Part shown: positions 63,449 through 64,000 of the stretch, piece by piece
Numbering within the stretch: the stretch's first letter is position 1
Layout: every line of letters begins with the position of its first letter
NCBI GenBank assembly: GCA_043228905.1
Contig: JBHGNT010000015.1
Span: 248,001-312,000 of the forward strand
Length of the DNA stretch: 64,000 nt
Reading direction: 5' to 3'
DNA from: Azolla caroliniana
Taxonomy: Eukaryota > Plantae > Polypodiophyta
Position numbers and translations under genes: made by a program
The notes under the pieces: generated by a model
Database searches by the model: none
Seen by the model: only the letters and a program-made list of their open reading frames with translations
What the model was told of the DNA's origin: nothing

Positions 63449-64000
63449 TGTCGTGAAGTTTCGCGCACGTGTGTTACTTGGGCGGGACCACGGGGGTCTC
63501 GGACTAGGGAGTACTCAAGGGATAGAGAAGACCCGAGGTTTGCTTTACAACAATACTACTTCCCGACCCCTTCCCGAGCAAGGTCTCGTTGCCCTTTGTT
63601 TTGTGAGGCCGGTGGCTCTCGTTGATCACGACTACCAATTTATGTCGCGAAGTTTCGCGCACGTGTGTTACTTGGGCGGGACCCGTTGTCGTGCCTTTCG
63701 GCTCCGGATCGTTTGCGTGAGTCGGGTGGGAACCACTGGGGTTTTGGACTAGGAAGAGGAGAGTTTTAAGGCTAATAAGAATATAAATATGTTGTAAGAA
63801 AGAGTTATAGCAAACTCGTGAATCCCACGAGTATATTGTATTAGATTAATCAATATGAATATAAGAATATAAATTTGGGTTGAAAGAGAATGATATAGAA
63901 TCCTCGTGAATCCCACGAGTATAGTTTATTAATTGGTGTTTTTTTAGAAACATATCCAGTTTCCAAGTATTTCACACACCTATTACATTGTGCTCCCCAT
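63449..64000 (+). mobile_element. LTR-like insertion interrupting the copia 3' LTR (runs off the right edge)
   Basis: LTR homology stops abruptly at 63448 and new sequence starts TGTCGTGAAG. Internal ~40-bp duplication (63449 and 63643). Confidence 0.75.

Overview
Eukaryotic nuclear DNA from a land plant; gene style and retroelement families suggest a non-seed plant such as a fern or lycophyte (inference). There are four clear host genes: DOHH (7 exons, +), an intronless At5g39250-like F-box gene (+), NOC3 (-) and a RING-H2 E3 ligase of the MBR/HIP1/CTL type (+). A probable fifth gene carries an FCP1/NIF-type HAD domain. Transposon nests flank them. Left: a Ty1/copia element inserted into the extra 3' ORF of a non-chromovirus Ty3/gypsy element. 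Middle: a structurally complete 4.9-kb hAT transposon (TIRs, 8-bp TSD, uninterrupted spliced transposase) ending 60 bp upstream of the DOHH start codon. Right: a degenerate copia inserted into an older LTR, itself hit by a solo LTR with a 4-bp TSD and by a second LTR. I see no CRISPR array, rRNA or tRNA gene, and I cannot claim a new biological system. The best leads are the hAT element (37-bp palindromic repeat array in its leader intron, in-frame ATG fused to DOHH), the gypsy extra ORF with its AU-only spacer, a long heat-shock-element array in an LTR-like relic, and a copia pol extension lying between two polypurine tracts.
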